This document shows, piece by piece, positions 20,553 through 33,400 of a DNA stretch of 64,000 nt. Where the stretch lies: positions 57,836 to 121,835 of the forward strand of contig CAVRYQ010000110.1 in NCBI GenBank assembly GCA_963725375.1, written 5' to 3'. This DNA comes from an uncultured Pseudomonadota bacterium (GTDB taxonomy: Bacteria > Pseudomonadota > Gammaproteobacteria > Burkholderiales > Gallionellaceae). Position 1 is the stretch's first letter. Every line of letters starts with the position of its first letter. Under the pieces are notes generated by a model, which was not told the origin of the DNA, made no database searches, and was given only the letters and a program-made list of their open reading frames with translations. Made by a program: the position numbers and the translations under genes.

Positions 20553-22015
20553 TGAAATACCACGACCTGCGCGATTTCATCGCACAACTGGAGAAAATCG
20601 GGGAACTCAAGCGCGTGACGGCGCCGGTCTCCACCCATCTGGAGATGACGGAAATTTGCGATCGCGTGCTGCGGGCACAAGGCCCGGCCCTGCTGTTCGA
20701 GAACGTGGTTGGCCACAAGCTGCCGGTCCTCGCCAATCTGTTCGGAACGCCGCGCCGCGTGGCGCTGGGCATGGGCGAAGAGTCGACCGGCGCGCTACGC
20801 GAAGTCGGCAAGCTGCTCGCCTACCTGAAAGAACCCGAGCCGCCCAAGGGACTGAAGGATGCCTGGGACAAGTGGCCGATATTGAAGCAGGTCATCACCA
20901 TGTCGCCCAAGGTGCTGTCTTCCGCGCCGTGCCAGGACGTGGTGTGGGAGGGCAAGGATGTTGATCTGGGCAAGCTGCCCATCCAGCATTGCTGGCCCGG
21001 CGATGTCGCGCCGCTGATCACCTGGGGGCTGGTGGTCACACGCGGGCCGAACAAACCGCGCCAGAACCTCGGCATCTACCGCCAGCAGGTGATCGCCCCG
21101 AACAAGGTCATCATGCGCTGGCTGGCACATCGCGGCGGCGCGCTGGATTTCCGCGACCATTGCGAGAAGAACCCGGGCCAGCCCTTCCCGGTCGCGGTAG
21201 TCATCGGCGCCGATCCCGCGACCATATTGGGAGCGGTGACGCCGGTACCGGACAGCCTGAGCGAATATCAATTTGCCGGCCTGTTGCGCGGCAGCAAGAC
21301 CGAACTGGTGAAATGCCTGGGCAGCGATCTGCAAGTGCCGGCTTCCGCCGAGATCGTGCTGGAAGGCGTGATTCGTCCTGGCGAGACCGCGCTGGAAGGG
21401 CCGTATGGCGACCACACCGGTTACTACAACGAGCAAGACAAGTTTCCCGTGTTCACGATAGAACGCATCACCACGCGCCGCAATGCGATCTATCACTCCA
21501 CTTATACCGGCAAGCCGCCCGATGAACCGGCGATGCTGGGTGTGGCACTGAACGAAGTGTTTGTGCCGTTGCTGCAAAAGCAATTCCCCGAGATCGCCGA
21601 TTTTTACCTGCCGCCAGAAGGCTGTTCGTATCGCATGGCGATTGTGAGCATCAGGAAGCAATACGCCGGGCACGCCAAGCGCGTGATGTTCGGCATCTGG
21701 AGTTTTCTGCGCCAGTTCATGTACACCAAATTCATCGTCGTGGTGGACGAGGACATCGACGTGCGCGACTGGAAGGAAGTCATCTGGGCCATCACCACGC
21801 GCGTGGATCCGGTGCGCGATACGTTGCTGGTGGAGAACACGCCCATCGATTACCTCGATTTCGCCAGCCCGGTGTCGGGTCTGGGCGGCAAGATGGGGCT
21901 GGACGCCACCAACAAATGGCCGGGCGAGACGCAGCGCGAATGGGGTACGCCCATCGTGATGGATGCGGCGGTGAAGGCCAGGGTGGATGCGATGTGGGGC
22001 GAGCTGGGGCTGTAG
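20552..22015 (+). CDS. ubiD: 4-hydroxy-3-polyprenylbenzoate decarboxylase
   Basis: [40 protein letters not shown]. Confidence 0.95.
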   Translation: MKYHDLRDFIAQLEKIGELKRVTAPVSTHLEMTEICDRVLRAQGPALLFENVVGHKLPVLANLFGTPRRVALGMGEESTGALREVGKLLAYLKEPEPPKGLKDAWDKWPILKQVITMSPKVLSSAPCQDVVWEGKDVDLGKLPIQHCWPGDVAPLITWGLVVTRGPNKPRQNLGIYRQQVIAPNKVIMRWLAHRGGALDFRDHCEKNPGQPFPVAVVIGADPATILGAVTPVPDSLSEYQFAGLLRGSKTELVKCLGSDLQVPASAEIVLEGVIRPGETALEGPYGDHTGYYNEQDKFPVFTIERITTRRNAIYHSTYTGKPPDEPAMLGVALNEVFVPLLQKQFPEIADFYLPPEGCSYRMAIVSIRKQYAGHAKRVMFGIWSFLRQFMYTKFIVVVDEDIDVRDWKEVIWAITTRVDPVRDTLLVENTPIDYLDFASPVSGLGGKMGLDATNKWPGETQREWGTPIVMDAAVKARVDAMWGELGL

Positions 22016-22017
22016 GC

Positions 22018-23466
22018 TTACCGCTTTTGTACCCATTCCAGCAATGCATCCTGCGCAGCCTGTCCTGCTTTGGAGTAGGGATGGTTGATGAAGAACACGA
22101 CGATCCATTCCCTGCCGCTTTGGGATTTCACGTAGCCCGCAATGGTTTTCACGCCTTCCAGCGTGCCGGTCTTGAGATGGGCATGGCTGGCTGCGGGACT
22201 TTCCCTCAGGCGCTTCCTCGCTGAACCATCCACACCGAGAATGGGCAACGAGGCTTGCAGTTCGGCGCTCAGCGGATCATCAAAGGAGTGTTGCAACAGT
22301 TGCGCCATATGGGCGGCGCTGATGCGCGCCTTGCGCGACAGCCCGGCGCCGTTATCCAGTACCACCTCCCTGAAATCGAGCCCGTTGCGCGCAAGCCATG
22401 TCTGCATGACGAACAAACTGCGCCCGATGCTGAGCGGGTGCGAGTTGAAATTTTCATTCACGTCGCCTGTGGTCGGGGTGCCCGTTTCGTCAAGAAGAGG
22501 CCCGGCCTCGCCCAGGGTCAGGAACAATTGGCGCGCCATGACGTTGTTGCTGTATTTGTTGATGTCGCGAATGACCGCACTCAACGGTTCGGACTGATGC
22601 ACGGAAAAAAGTCTGGCATGGCCGCCGACAACCCCGTCGCGTTCCTTTCCCCGCAGGGTACCGCCGAGTTCCTTCCATAAGGCGCTGAACAAGGCGCCTA
22701 CATAACGGGTGTGCGGCATTACGTTGAGGTTTTGTTCGCGTTCGCCGCAACCCAGGGGATAGCTTCCTTGCAACACGACGCTGCCCCCATTCGGCTGCAC
22801 GGAGAACTGGTCGTCCCAGTTGTCGCAATTGATCTGAGCACTGGTCGGCGTCAGTTGGTTGTCCAGCGTCACGCCGTCAAGCGGAGGTTCGGTGACGACT
22901 TTCAGGCCGGTGCCTTCCGGCATGTAGCGCAGGCGGAGCGCGTTGAAATTGATCAATAGCGCATCGGGGCCCACATTGTAGGCGCGCATCGGATCGCCAT
23001 CGAAATCGCCCGGGTTGTACGGTGGCAGGTCGAAATAACTGCGGTCGAGGATCAGGTCGCCGCGGATCTCGCGCAAGCCGCGCGCGCGCAGTTCGCTCAG
23101 CCACAACCAGAACTGCTCGACGGTGAATTTCGGGTCGCCGTAGCCCTTGAGGACCAGGTTGCCGTTGAGCACGCCGTCCTTCAGGTCGCCGTCGATATAC
23201 GCCTCGGTCTTCCAGGTATAGGCGGGGCCGAGCAGGTCGAGTGCGGCAATTGTGGTGAGCAACTTCATGGTCGAGGCCGGGCTCATCGGCTGCTGCGCGT
23301 TGATGCTGATGAGCCGGCCATGTTTGCCGACTTCCTTCACGATGACTGCAACGCCGGATTGCGGGATGCGGGCTCTTTGCAGCTCCTGGGTAACTGTAGC
23401 CGGGAGCGAATCGGCTTGAACGCAGGTTGCAAGGCACAGCAGGAGCGCGGAGTACAGATGCTTCAT
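22018..23466 (-). CDS. dacB: D-alanyl-D-alanine carboxypeptidase/endopeptidase (PBP4)
   Basis: SxxK (PASTMK), SxN (SNN), KTG. Confidence 0.9.
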   Translation of the reverse strand: MKHLYSALLLCLATCVQADSLPATVTQELQRARIPQSGVAVIVKEVGKHGRLISINAQQPMSPASTMKLLTTIAALDLLGPAYTWKTEAYIDGDLKDGVLNGNLVLKGYGDPKFTVEQFWLWLSELRARGLREIRGDLILDRSYFDLPPYNPGDFDGDPMRAYNVGPDALLINFNALRLRYMPEGTGLKVVTEPPLDGVTLDNQLTPTSAQINCDNWDDQFSVQPNGGSVVLQGSYPLGCGEREQNLNVMPHTRYVGALFSALWKELGGTLRGKERDGVVGGHARLFSVHQSEPLSAVIRDINKYSNNVMARQLFLTLGEAGPLLDETGTPTTGDVNENFNSHPLSIGRSLFVMQTWLARNGLDFREVVLDNGAGLSRKARISAAHMAQLLQHSFDDPLSAELQASLPILGVDGSARKRLRESPAASHAHLKTGTLEGVKTIAGYVKSQSGREWIVVFFINHPYSKAGQAAQDALLEWVQKR

Positions 23467-24779
23467 ATCAGGAGCTCGACCACTTTCAGCGTATGCGCGA
23501 CGAGAAATTGCATCTCGTCTTCGCGTATGACATAGGGCGGCATGAAATACACCGTGTTGCCCATCGGGCGCAACAGCAGCTCATGTTGCAAGCCGAGACT
23601 GAAGCAACGCTGGGCGAAATCGGCATGTGGCGTATCCACCTCGAACGCCCAGATCATGCCGGTATTGCGGAAATTCCTAACTCCGGGGTGGTCGCGCAAT
23701 GGCTGTGCGATGCGGTTGAAGAAAGCTGCCTTGTCGCGGTTGGTCTTGAGCACATCGTCTTCCGCAAAGATATCCAGCGTGGCAAGCGCGGCGCGGCAGG
23801 CGAGGGGGTTGCCAGTATAGGAATGGGAATGCAGGAAGCCGAGCGCGGTTTCGTCGGCGTAAAAAGCGCCGTAGATGTCGTCCGTCGTCATGACTACGGA
23901 CAAGGGCAGATAGCCGCCGGTGATGCCCTTGGAGAGCAACAGGAAATCCGGTCTGATGTTTGCCTGTTCGCAGGCGAACAGGGAGCCGGTCCGCCCCATG
24001 CCTACGGCGATTTCGTCGGCGATCAGATGCACGTTGAAGCGGTTGCAGAGCGCGCGCGCCTCTTCCAGATAGGCCGGATGGTACATCGCCATGCCCGCCG
24101 CACCCTGGACCAGCGGCTCGACGATGAATGCCGCAATATTCCCGTGATGTTCCTGCAGATGAGTTTCGAGCGCAGCGGCGCAACGCAGTGCGTAGTCCTC
24201 GGCGCTTTCGCCTGCTTCCGCATTGCGCCAGTCTGGGCAGGGAATGGTGGCATTCTGTTTGATCAGCGCACCGTAGGCGTCGCGGAACAGTGCGACATCG
24301 GTGACGGACAACGCGCCCAAGGTTTCGCCGTGGTAACTGTTTTGCAGACTGAGGAATTGTGACTTTCGCGGTTTTCCGGTGTTGCGCCAATAGTGCGCGC
24401 TCATCTTGAGGGCGATCTCGGTGGCCGAGGCGCCGTCCGAGCCGTAGAAGCAATGCCCCAATCCGGTGGGGGCGAATTCGCGCAACCTTTCCGACAGTTG
24501 CACCACCGGTTCGTGGGTGAACCCGGCCAGCATGACATGCTCCAGCCTGCCCAACTGGTCAGCGATGGCGGCATTGATGCGCGGATTGCAATGCCCGAAC
24601 AGGTTCACCCACCAGGAGCTCACCGTGTCCAGATAGCGCTTGCCATCCAGATCATACAGCCATACGCCTTCGCCGCGTGCGATCGGAACCAGCGGCAGTG
24701 TTTCGTGCCGTTTCATCTGGGTGCAGGGATGCCATACGGCGGAAAGGCTGCGGGTTAGGAGGCTGGAGTTGGCTGACAT
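23463..24779 (-). CDS. bioA: Adenosylmethionine-8-amino-7-oxononanoate aminotransferase
   Basis: WHPCTQM, SSWWVN, DEIAVG.GRTG, SKGITGG, HSHSYTGN. Confidence 0.95.
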   Translation of the reverse strand: MSANSSLLTRSLSAVWHPCTQMKRHETLPLVPIARGEGVWLYDLDGKRYLDTVSSWWVNLFGHCNPRINAAIADQLGRLEHVMLAGFTHEPVVQLSERLREFAPTGLGHCFYGSDGASATEIALKMSAHYWRNTGKPRKSQFLSLQNSYHGETLGALSVTDVALFRDAYGALIKQNATIPCPDWRNAEAGESAEDYALRCAAALETHLQEHHGNIAAFIVEPLVQGAAGMAMYHPAYLEEARALCNRFNVHLIADEIAVGMGRTGSLFACEQANIRPDFLLLSKGITGGYLPLSVVMTTDDIYGAFYADETALGFLHSHSYTGNPLACRAALATLDIFAEDDVLKTNRDKAAFFNRIAQPLRDHPGVRNFRNTGMIWAFEVDTPHADFAQRCFSLGLQHELLLRPMGNTVYFMPPYVIREDEMQFLVAHTLKVVELLI

Positions 24780-24849
24780 GCGCGGAATGATAACGGAGTT
24801 TGATCATGGCGTAAGATGGCCGTGTTGAAATCGTTCATGGGAGGCTGAG

Positions 24850-25764
24850 ATGCGCATATTGATCACGGGTGGAACGGGATTGATCGGCAGGCCTTTGTGC
24901 GCTGCGTTGTTGGGGGAGGGACATCACTTGACCGTGTTGAGCCGACATCCGGAAACGGTCGCTGTCAAATGTGGGGCGGCGGCGATGGCATCGCTGGATG
25001 AGTGGCAACCGGAGCGTATTTTTGATGCGGTCATCAATCTGGCTGGCGAACCCATTGTGGACGCATTCTGGTCGGCGCGGCGCAAACGGGCGTTGCGGGA
25101 AAGCCGGGTCACCCTGACCGAAAAGCTGGTGCAACGCATCGCTGCGGCTGAACAAAAGCCGAAAGTGCTGCTGAGCGGCTCTGCGGTCGGGTATTACGGC
25201 AACCGTGGCGATGCGGAACTGTACGAAGACGCGGTTGCGGGCAATGACTTTGCTGCGACACTGTGCAGGGATTGGGAAAACGCAGCCTTTGCGGCAAAAG
25301 CGGCGGGTGTGCGCGTCTGCCTGCTGCGCACGGGTCTGGTGTTGAGCAATAACGGCGGGCTGCTCGGAAAAATGCTGTTGCCATTCAAACTCGGGATGGG
25401 CGCGCGCCTGGGCAACGGCAGGCAATGGATGAGCTGGGTGCATGTCGAGGATTATGTGGCGATGGTGTTACGCTTGTTGCGGGACGAAAAAATGTCCGGT
25501 CCGTTCAACATGACGGCGCCCAATCCGGTACGCAATGCCGAATTCACCCGGGTGCTGGCGTGCGCGTTGCATCGCCCGGCCGTGCTTGTTGCTCCGGATT
25601 TTGTGCTGCGGCGGGTCATGGGCGAGCGCGCCGTCCTGATGCTGGAAGGGCAGCGTGCGCTGCCGTCAAATTTGGCCAATGCGGGCTACCAATTCAAATA
25701 CCCGAATTTAGGCGGGGCATTGGACGCGTTGTTGCGACACCAGCATCTTGCTTATCCCAGATAA
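24850..25764 (+). CDS. TIGR01777-type NAD-dependent epimerase/oxidoreductase
   Basis: ITGGTGLIG, INLAGEPI, SGSAVGYYG, G.QWMSWVH. Confidence 0.85.
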   Translation: MRILITGGTGLIGRPLCAALLGEGHHLTVLSRHPETVAVKCGAAAMASLDEWQPERIFDAVINLAGEPIVDAFWSARRKRALRESRVTLTEKLVQRIAAAEQKPKVLLSGSAVGYYGNRGDAELYEDAVAGNDFAATLCRDWENAAFAAKAAGVRVCLLRTGLVLSNNGGLLGKMLLPFKLGMGARLGNGRQWMSWVHVEDYVAMVLRLLRDEKMSGPFNMTAPNPVRNAEFTRVLACALHRPAVLVAPDFVLRRVMGERAVLMLEGQRALPSNLANAGYQFKYPNLGGALDALLRHQHLAYPR

Positions 25765-25778
25765 ATTTCTTCGCCGCC

Positions 25779-25806
25779 CTTGAAATGGCAAGCACTAGCC
25801 CCTATT
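25779..25806 (+). promoter_or_regulatory. Sigma32-like heat-shock promoter of groESL
   Basis: CTTGAAA-N13-CCCCTATT. Confidence 0.65.
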
Positions 25807-25807
25807 A

Positions 25808-25834
25808 TTAGCAATCGCAGGCGGGGAGTGCTAA
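25808..25834 (+). promoter_or_regulatory. CIRCE (HrcA operator)
   Basis: TTAGCAATC-N9-GAGTGCTAA, one mismatch to consensus. Confidence 0.85.
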
Positions 25835-25925
25835 CCGGTAGTATGGTCAGCCGGTCAGAATATCGGGCAACGCCGGATATCCCGCTCTCGTAATTAATCA
25901 ACCCATTGTTTTTAGGAGATAAAGC

Positions 25926-26216
25926 ATGAAGATTCGTCCCTTGAACGACCGTGTCATCGTCAAGCGCATGGAAGAAGAGCGCAAGACAGCGTCTGGCATC
26001 GTGATTCCCGATGCGGCCACCGAGAAGCCCGACCAGGGGGAAATCGTTGCCGTAGGCAACGGCAAGATCGGCGATGACGGCAAGCTGCAAGCCATGACCG
26101 TCAAGGTCGGCGACCGCGTGTTGTTCGGCAAGTATTCCGGCCAGGCTTTCAAGATGGATGGCGAGGAACTGCTGACCATGCGTGAAGACGACATCATCGG
26201 CGTGATTGAAAAGTAA
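25926..26216 (+). CDS. groES: Co-chaperonin GroES
   Basis: [23 protein letters not shown]. Confidence 0.98.
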   Translation: MKIRPLNDRVIVKRMEEERKTASGIVIPDAATEKPDQGEIVAVGNGKIGDDGKLQAMTVKVGDRVLFGKYSGQAFKMDGEELLTMREDDIIGVIEK

Positions 26217-26254
26217 TTTTTCGCTTCACGAAAAATTCTTTCAGTGCAGGCTAA

Positions 26255-27967
<1,713 letters not shown>

Positions 27968-27995
27968 TCGCCTCCAAGGCATCAAGTTGTACCCG

Positions 27996-28029
27996 ACGAA
28001 CCCCGCCAAAAGCGGGGTTCGTTTTTTTT
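27996..28029 (+). terminator. Rho-independent terminator after groEL
   Basis: ACGAACCCCGC-CAAAA-GCGGGGTTCGT followed by a T-tract. Confidence 0.9.
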
Positions 28030-28106
28030 ATATTGCCCGTAATGCGGCTTGCCGCTACAATGCGCGCCTTTGTTTTACCCAACCCGTCAGGGAAGGGTGC
28101 AAACAT

Positions 28107-28182
28107 GGCCTGGTAGCTCAGTCGGTAGAGCAGAGGATTGAAAATCCTTGTGTCGGTGGTTCGATTCCGCCCCGGGCCACCA
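28107..28182 (+). tRNA. tRNA-Phe (GAA)
   Basis: 76 nt; GGCCTGG/CCGGGCC acceptor stem, anticodon arm GAGGA-TTGAAAA-TCCTT, GGTTCGATTCC T-arm, encoded CCA. Confidence 0.97.
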
Positions 28183-28384
28183 GTAAAATCAACGGCCTGG
28201 AGATGATCCTCTCGGTCGTTTTTCTTTCTGCGGAACACTGGCAGGTCATCTGGAAAAAGATTCCCCCTGGATCATGAATTTGGCGAATTCATGCGAATGC
28301 GCTTTCAGCTACAGCCTATGGCATTATGACCATGCAAGGAGTGAGGGGGCGGATCGTAGCTTCTATTCAGGGGATGGATCAGGT

Positions 28385-30427
28385 ATGGGCAATACGCCGT
28401 TCTGGAAAAAAATGTTAATGCATGGAAACACTACCGTGTTTTCCTTCGCGCTGGCGACGCTTTCCATATTCAGTGTATTAATGCTTTACTACACGCAGAA
28501 CCCGTTCCTCGAAGCATTCGAAGCCAAAACCTACGATCTGCGCTTCAAGGATTTGCGGGGCGCGATTCAGCCGAATCCGGACATCGCCATCGTTGCCATC
28601 GACGATAAAAGTATCGCCGAGCTGGGCCGCTATCCCTGGAGCCGCGACCGTTATGCACCGCTTCTGGATAAACTGGCCGCTGCAAAAGCGAAGGCTGTTA
28701 TGTTCGACGCGTTCTTCCCCGAGCACGACACTGCTGCGAATGACAGACTTCTTGCCGACGCAATCGGGCGTGCGGGCAATGTCGTGCTGGCCATGACTTT
28801 CGATTTTGACGGGAGCGGCCGCGTCACCACTGTTACCCGTAGCCTGCCGGAGATCGAGCGCGGCGCGATCGGGATCGGGCATATCAACCAGATGCCCGAC
28901 GACGACGGAGTGATTCGCCGCAATCCTTTGCTGATCGAGACGGACGGGAAACTGGTTCCCTCCCTGGGATTGGCGGCGGCGATGCTGGCGCTGGGAGAGC
29001 CGAAATTCACCGCCGGTGAATTCGATATCGCGCTGGGAAACCATCATATCCCGGTAGACGCCGGATACCGGATGTGGATCAACTATGTGGGCGGCCCGGG
29101 CATTTACCCCCGTTATTCCTTTGTGGATGTGATGAAAGGCCGGGTTCCCGCGGAGAGACTGCAGGGCAAGATACTATTCCTCGGCGCGACTGCGCTGGGC
29201 GTCTACGACATGCGCGTCACGCCGTTCAGCGGAAATACTCCTGGGGTGGAACTGCATGCCGCCGTCGCCGACAACATCCTCAGCGAGCGCTACATACGCC
29301 AGGGGGGGCTGGAGGCACTGGTCGATATGCTGTTCATTGCCGCGATGGGCGCCACCGCATTCTTCCTGACCACCCGGCTGCGCCTGTATGGCGCGATTCC
29401 AGCGACGGCCATATTGATAGCAGGGTACATCTGGTTCACCTATTACATGTTCAATGCGGGGCACTGGATCAACATGGTCTACCCGGTGATTTCGGCGGTC
29501 ACCGCGGTATTGGTGGGGGGCGGCTTTCGCTATCTTGTACTGGAACGCAGTGCGCGCGAAATGCGTTCCATGTTTTCCAGCTATATGTCTCCCAAGCTGG
29601 TTGCGCGGCTGGAAAAGGATCCTGAAGCGGCGAAGATAGGTGGCGACAACAAGGAGGTGACGGTTTTGTTCACCGATATCAAGGGATTCACCTCTTTCAG
29701 CGAGGCATATCCGCCAGGTGAAGTGGTGTCGCGTCTCAACGAATATCTGGGAGCGATGGTGCAGGTGATCGAACAGCATGACGGCACCATAGACAAATTC
29801 ATCGGCGACGGCATCATGGCCTACTGGGGGGCACCCCTGGCGCAGCCTGACCACGCGAAACTGGCCATCGAATGCATCAGGGCGATAAACGAACGGATGA
29901 AAGTGCTGCGCACGAGATGGACGGCGAACGGCGTGGAGCCGTTCCATATCCGCGGCGGAATCCAGTCTGGAGAGGTGGTGGCGGGCAATATCGGCCTTGC
30001 AGGCAAAAAAATGGAATACACCGTCATCGGCGACACGGTGAACCAGGCGGCGCGCCTTGAGGGAACGGCAAAGTACTACGGGGTTACCTATCTGGTCGGG
30101 GAAGCGACCTATCAAAGGACGCGGGAAACATGCCGATATAGGGAACTGGACAAGATACGCGTAATGGGAAAACAGCTCCCTGTCACGATTTACGAGCCGC
30201 TGGATGGCGTGTCTGCCCTGAATATTCCGACAGCGGACCGGTTCGGGGCGGCGTTGGCCCTGTACCGTGCCAGGGAATGGGAAAAGGCGCAGGCTGCATT
30301 TAGCGCCGTATTGGACACCGTGCCGGAAGACAAACCCAGTAGAATATACTTGGAGCGGTGTGGATATTTCATGCAGAATCCACCGCCTGAAAATTGGGAC
30401 GGCGTGTTCAATCGCGCAGAGAAATAG
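28385..30427 (+). CDS. CHASE2-domain class III adenylate/guanylate cyclase with C-terminal TPR-like tail
   Basis: CHASE2 (IVAIDDKSI..LGRYPWSR, DDDGVIRR, PGVELHA), 3 TM helices, LFTDIKGFT, DKFIGDG, YTVIGDTVNQAARLE. Confidence 0.9.
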   Translation: MGNTPFWKKMLMHGNTTVFSFALATLSIFSVLMLYYTQNPFLEAFEAKTYDLRFKDLRGAIQPNPDIAIVAIDDKSIAELGRYPWSRDRYAPLLDKLAAAKAKAVMFDAFFPEHDTAANDRLLADAIGRAGNVVLAMTFDFDGSGRVTTVTRSLPEIERGAIGIGHINQMPDDDGVIRRNPLLIETDGKLVPSLGLAAAMLALGEPKFTAGEFDIALGNHHIPVDAGYRMWINYVGGPGIYPRYSFVDVMKGRVPAERLQGKILFLGATALGVYDMRVTPFSGNTPGVELHAAVADNILSERYIRQGGLEALVDMLFIAAMGATAFFLTTRLRLYGAIPATAILIAGYIWFTYYMFNAGHWINMVYPVISAVTAVLVGGGFRYLVLERSAREMRSMFSSYMSPKLVARLEKDPEAAKIGGDNKEVTVLFTDIKGFTSFSEAYPPGEVVSRLNEYLGAMVQVIEQHDGTIDKFIGDGIMAYWGAPLAQPDHAKLAIECIRAINERMKVLRTRWTANGVEPFHIRGGIQSGEVVAGNIGLAGKKMEYTVIGDTVNQAARLEGTAKYYGVTYLVGEATYQRTRETCRYRELDKIRVMGKQLPVTIYEPLDGVSALNIPTADRFGAALALYRAREWEKAQAAFSAVLDTVPEDKPSRIYLERCGYFMQNPPPENWDGVFNRAEK

Positions 30428-30498
30428 TGGCTTTGGAATAATAGCCCAGCCATGCAGGGGCAAGATAATACGATTACAACCTCGGACAGGTCAGGGAT

Positions 30499-33400
30499 AT
30501 GCGAAACATACTTTTCGTAATTTCAATGTTGATATTCGTTTCTGGCGGCGCATGCGCGGAAGGAAACAGCCCGGCGGTGACCAGCGGATTTTCCAGAGCC
30601 GACTTCCGTAGCGAGATTCCGGCGCCAAAATTGCGCAAGTTGCTGGGCGTATATGGCGGCAACCTTTACATCACCGGCCAGGACAGTTCCGTGACCGTGG
30701 TGGATCAGGAAGGCAAGACCGTGATGGTCCTGCCAGCAAAGAACGGCGATACGGAGTTGCTCAGAAAGCCAGAAGCCGTCTCGGTTGCCAATGCCACCAT
30801 CTACGTGGCGGACAGCAAGACAAACCAGATCGTCATGTACGACTTGTCCACAGGCAAGTATACGGGCCGTTTCGGCAGCAAATCGGGCGGCAATCTTGCG
30901 AGCGATTATGCCCTTGATGAGCCGCAGGGCGTCGCGGTATACGAAGGCGTGGTGTATGTCGCGGATAGCGGCAACGGGCGCATACAAATGTACGGCATCA
31001 ATGGTGTCTTCCTGTCCACGCTGGCGCTGAGCGCAACGCCGGGCAGCGCAGCGGAAAAGGAAAAGACCTACAAACTGGGAGAACCGGCGGACATCGCCCT
31101 GGATACCCAGGGCCGGATTTACGTGCGCGATGCAGATGACAAGTCGATCAAGATATATGACCCGGATGGCCTGTATCTGCGTTCGCTGCCCAGGAAGGGA
31201 AAGCCCGTTGCGATGTGTGTGACGGAAGACGGGATCTACATCGCGGACGAAGCCGGTTACAGCATCCTGAAATACGACTTCGATGGCAATGAAGCATACA
31301 GTTTCGGCTCCAAAGGAGATGGCAAGGCGCAATTCAAGAGCGTGTCCGGCCTGGCAGTGGACAAGGCACAGCAAGTGTACGTCGGCGATTCGAGGAAGGC
31401 ATTGATCGAGGCCTTCGTCGTCGAGGCAGGGCAATTGCAGGATCGGTTGCCCAGGATTGCCGGAAGAGCGTCGGTCAAGTGGCTGGAGACTATTCCGGCA
31501 GAGGTGGGTCAACTGGCATGGGATGGCAAGGAAGGCTTTTACGCCATAGGCAAAGGCAGAAAAAGCCTGGTAACCATCCGCAATGGCGCGGTTGCCGGTG
31601 TGATCGCACTGAACGACATGCAACTCGCCTCAGTGGCAGTGGACAGCTCGGGTGCAATATGGGTTGTGGACAAGAAGGGCGATCGCGCCGTGAAACTGGA
31701 TGAGAGCGGCAAAGTGCTCGCCAGTGTGGGTAAAGAGGGTAGCGGCGCCGGTCAACTCGACAACCCTTCGGCAATCGCGATATCGAGCTCCGGCATGGTG
31801 TTTGTGGCCGACCGGTCCAATCATAACGTGCAAATATTTCGCCAGGACGGAGTGTTCCTGAATACCCTGAATGGCGACAATTCTGCCGGCTTGAGTTCGC
31901 CCATCGCGTTGGCGTTTGACCGCGACGACAACCTCTATATCCTCGATTCCTCCCGCAAAAGCGTACTGGCTTATTCTTCCGCCGGGAAATCGCTCGGGGA
32001 ATTTGGCAGGACAAAAGACGGGAGTTTGCTGTCATCCCCGATTTCCCTGATCGCGGCGAACGACGAAGTGCTGGTTCTGGACGGCAATCAGGTCAAGGTG
32101 TTTTCGCCCAAGGGACAGTTGCTGCGCAGCTTTGGCGCAAAGGGAACCGGCGCAGGTGCATTCGATGACCCCGTTGCCATCGCGTACGGCGGCGGGACTA
32201 CTTTCGCGATTTCCGATATCGAGCACAAGCGTGTCGAGGTGTTCAGTTCCCTTCTGAAGCCGGAAGCGGCACAGGAACTGGTCGCGCAGGGCAAGGTACA
32301 CTCGGTCGAACTGCACTGGGCACCTGCATCCTCATCCTATATCAAGCAGTACCGCATCTACCGTTCTAGGAGCGAGGACGAAGATTTCGTGCAGGTCGGC
32401 ACGAGCTCGAACAACCAGTTTGTGGATAAGGACTTGGATGCCGATGTTCATTACTACTACTGCGTCGGCGCGGAAACGTATTTCGGCCATGAAGGGGCGA
32501 CCAGCGTTGTCGTGGACGGCATACCGACCAAGTTTGTGCCGTCGGCGCTGTCGACCGTGCAGGTGCAGACCACCCCGTGGCAAGTGAAAATAAGCTGGTC
32601 TGCGATCGACTCGAAGTATTTCCGTTCTTACCGGATTTACCAGAAAGACGGTGAGAATTTCACCAGGATCGGTGAGGTTACGCAGCCGGAATTCATCAAG
32701 GATGGCCTGACTCCGCAGACCCAATATACCTACTATGTCTCGATCCTGAGCAGCGACGGTGCCGAGTCGGAAAAAGTCCCGGTAGTGGCCACAACGCAGA
32801 TATTCAACCGCCCGCCGCTGGAAATTGAGATGGTCCAGTTGCGCGACGTATTTTCCAACTCGTACAAGATTTACGAACGCGACGGGATAGGCCGGATCAA
32901 GCTGACCAACAATACGAACAAGCCCATGGAGCGCCTCAAGGTGACGTTCCAGTTGCGGGATTTCATGGACTTCCCGACCGAAACCAAACTGGACAAGCTG
33001 CCGCCCGGCGAAAGCGCGGAGGTGCCGCTCAAGGCGGTGTTCAATAACAGCATCCTGACGATCACCGAGGATAGCGCTGTCCAGGCAATGATAGAAGCGA
33101 GCTATTTCGATGACGGCAAACGTGTGTCATTCAGCAAGACGCCAACGATAAACGTCTATGAAAAACATCGGCTGACCTGGGACGATCAGGATCGCTATGC
33201 TGCATTCATTACGCCCAAGGACCCGCCGGTGATGAATCTCGTGCGTTCGGCGGTGACCCAGTTCAAGGAAACCAAGGACCCGACCCAGTTGGCTGCCGTT
33301 GTGTTCGACATGCTTGGAGTTTATGGCATGACTTACATTCCGGACCCGACCAATCCCTACCAGATCACGTCGGGCAAGGTGGATACCGTCGATTACGTGC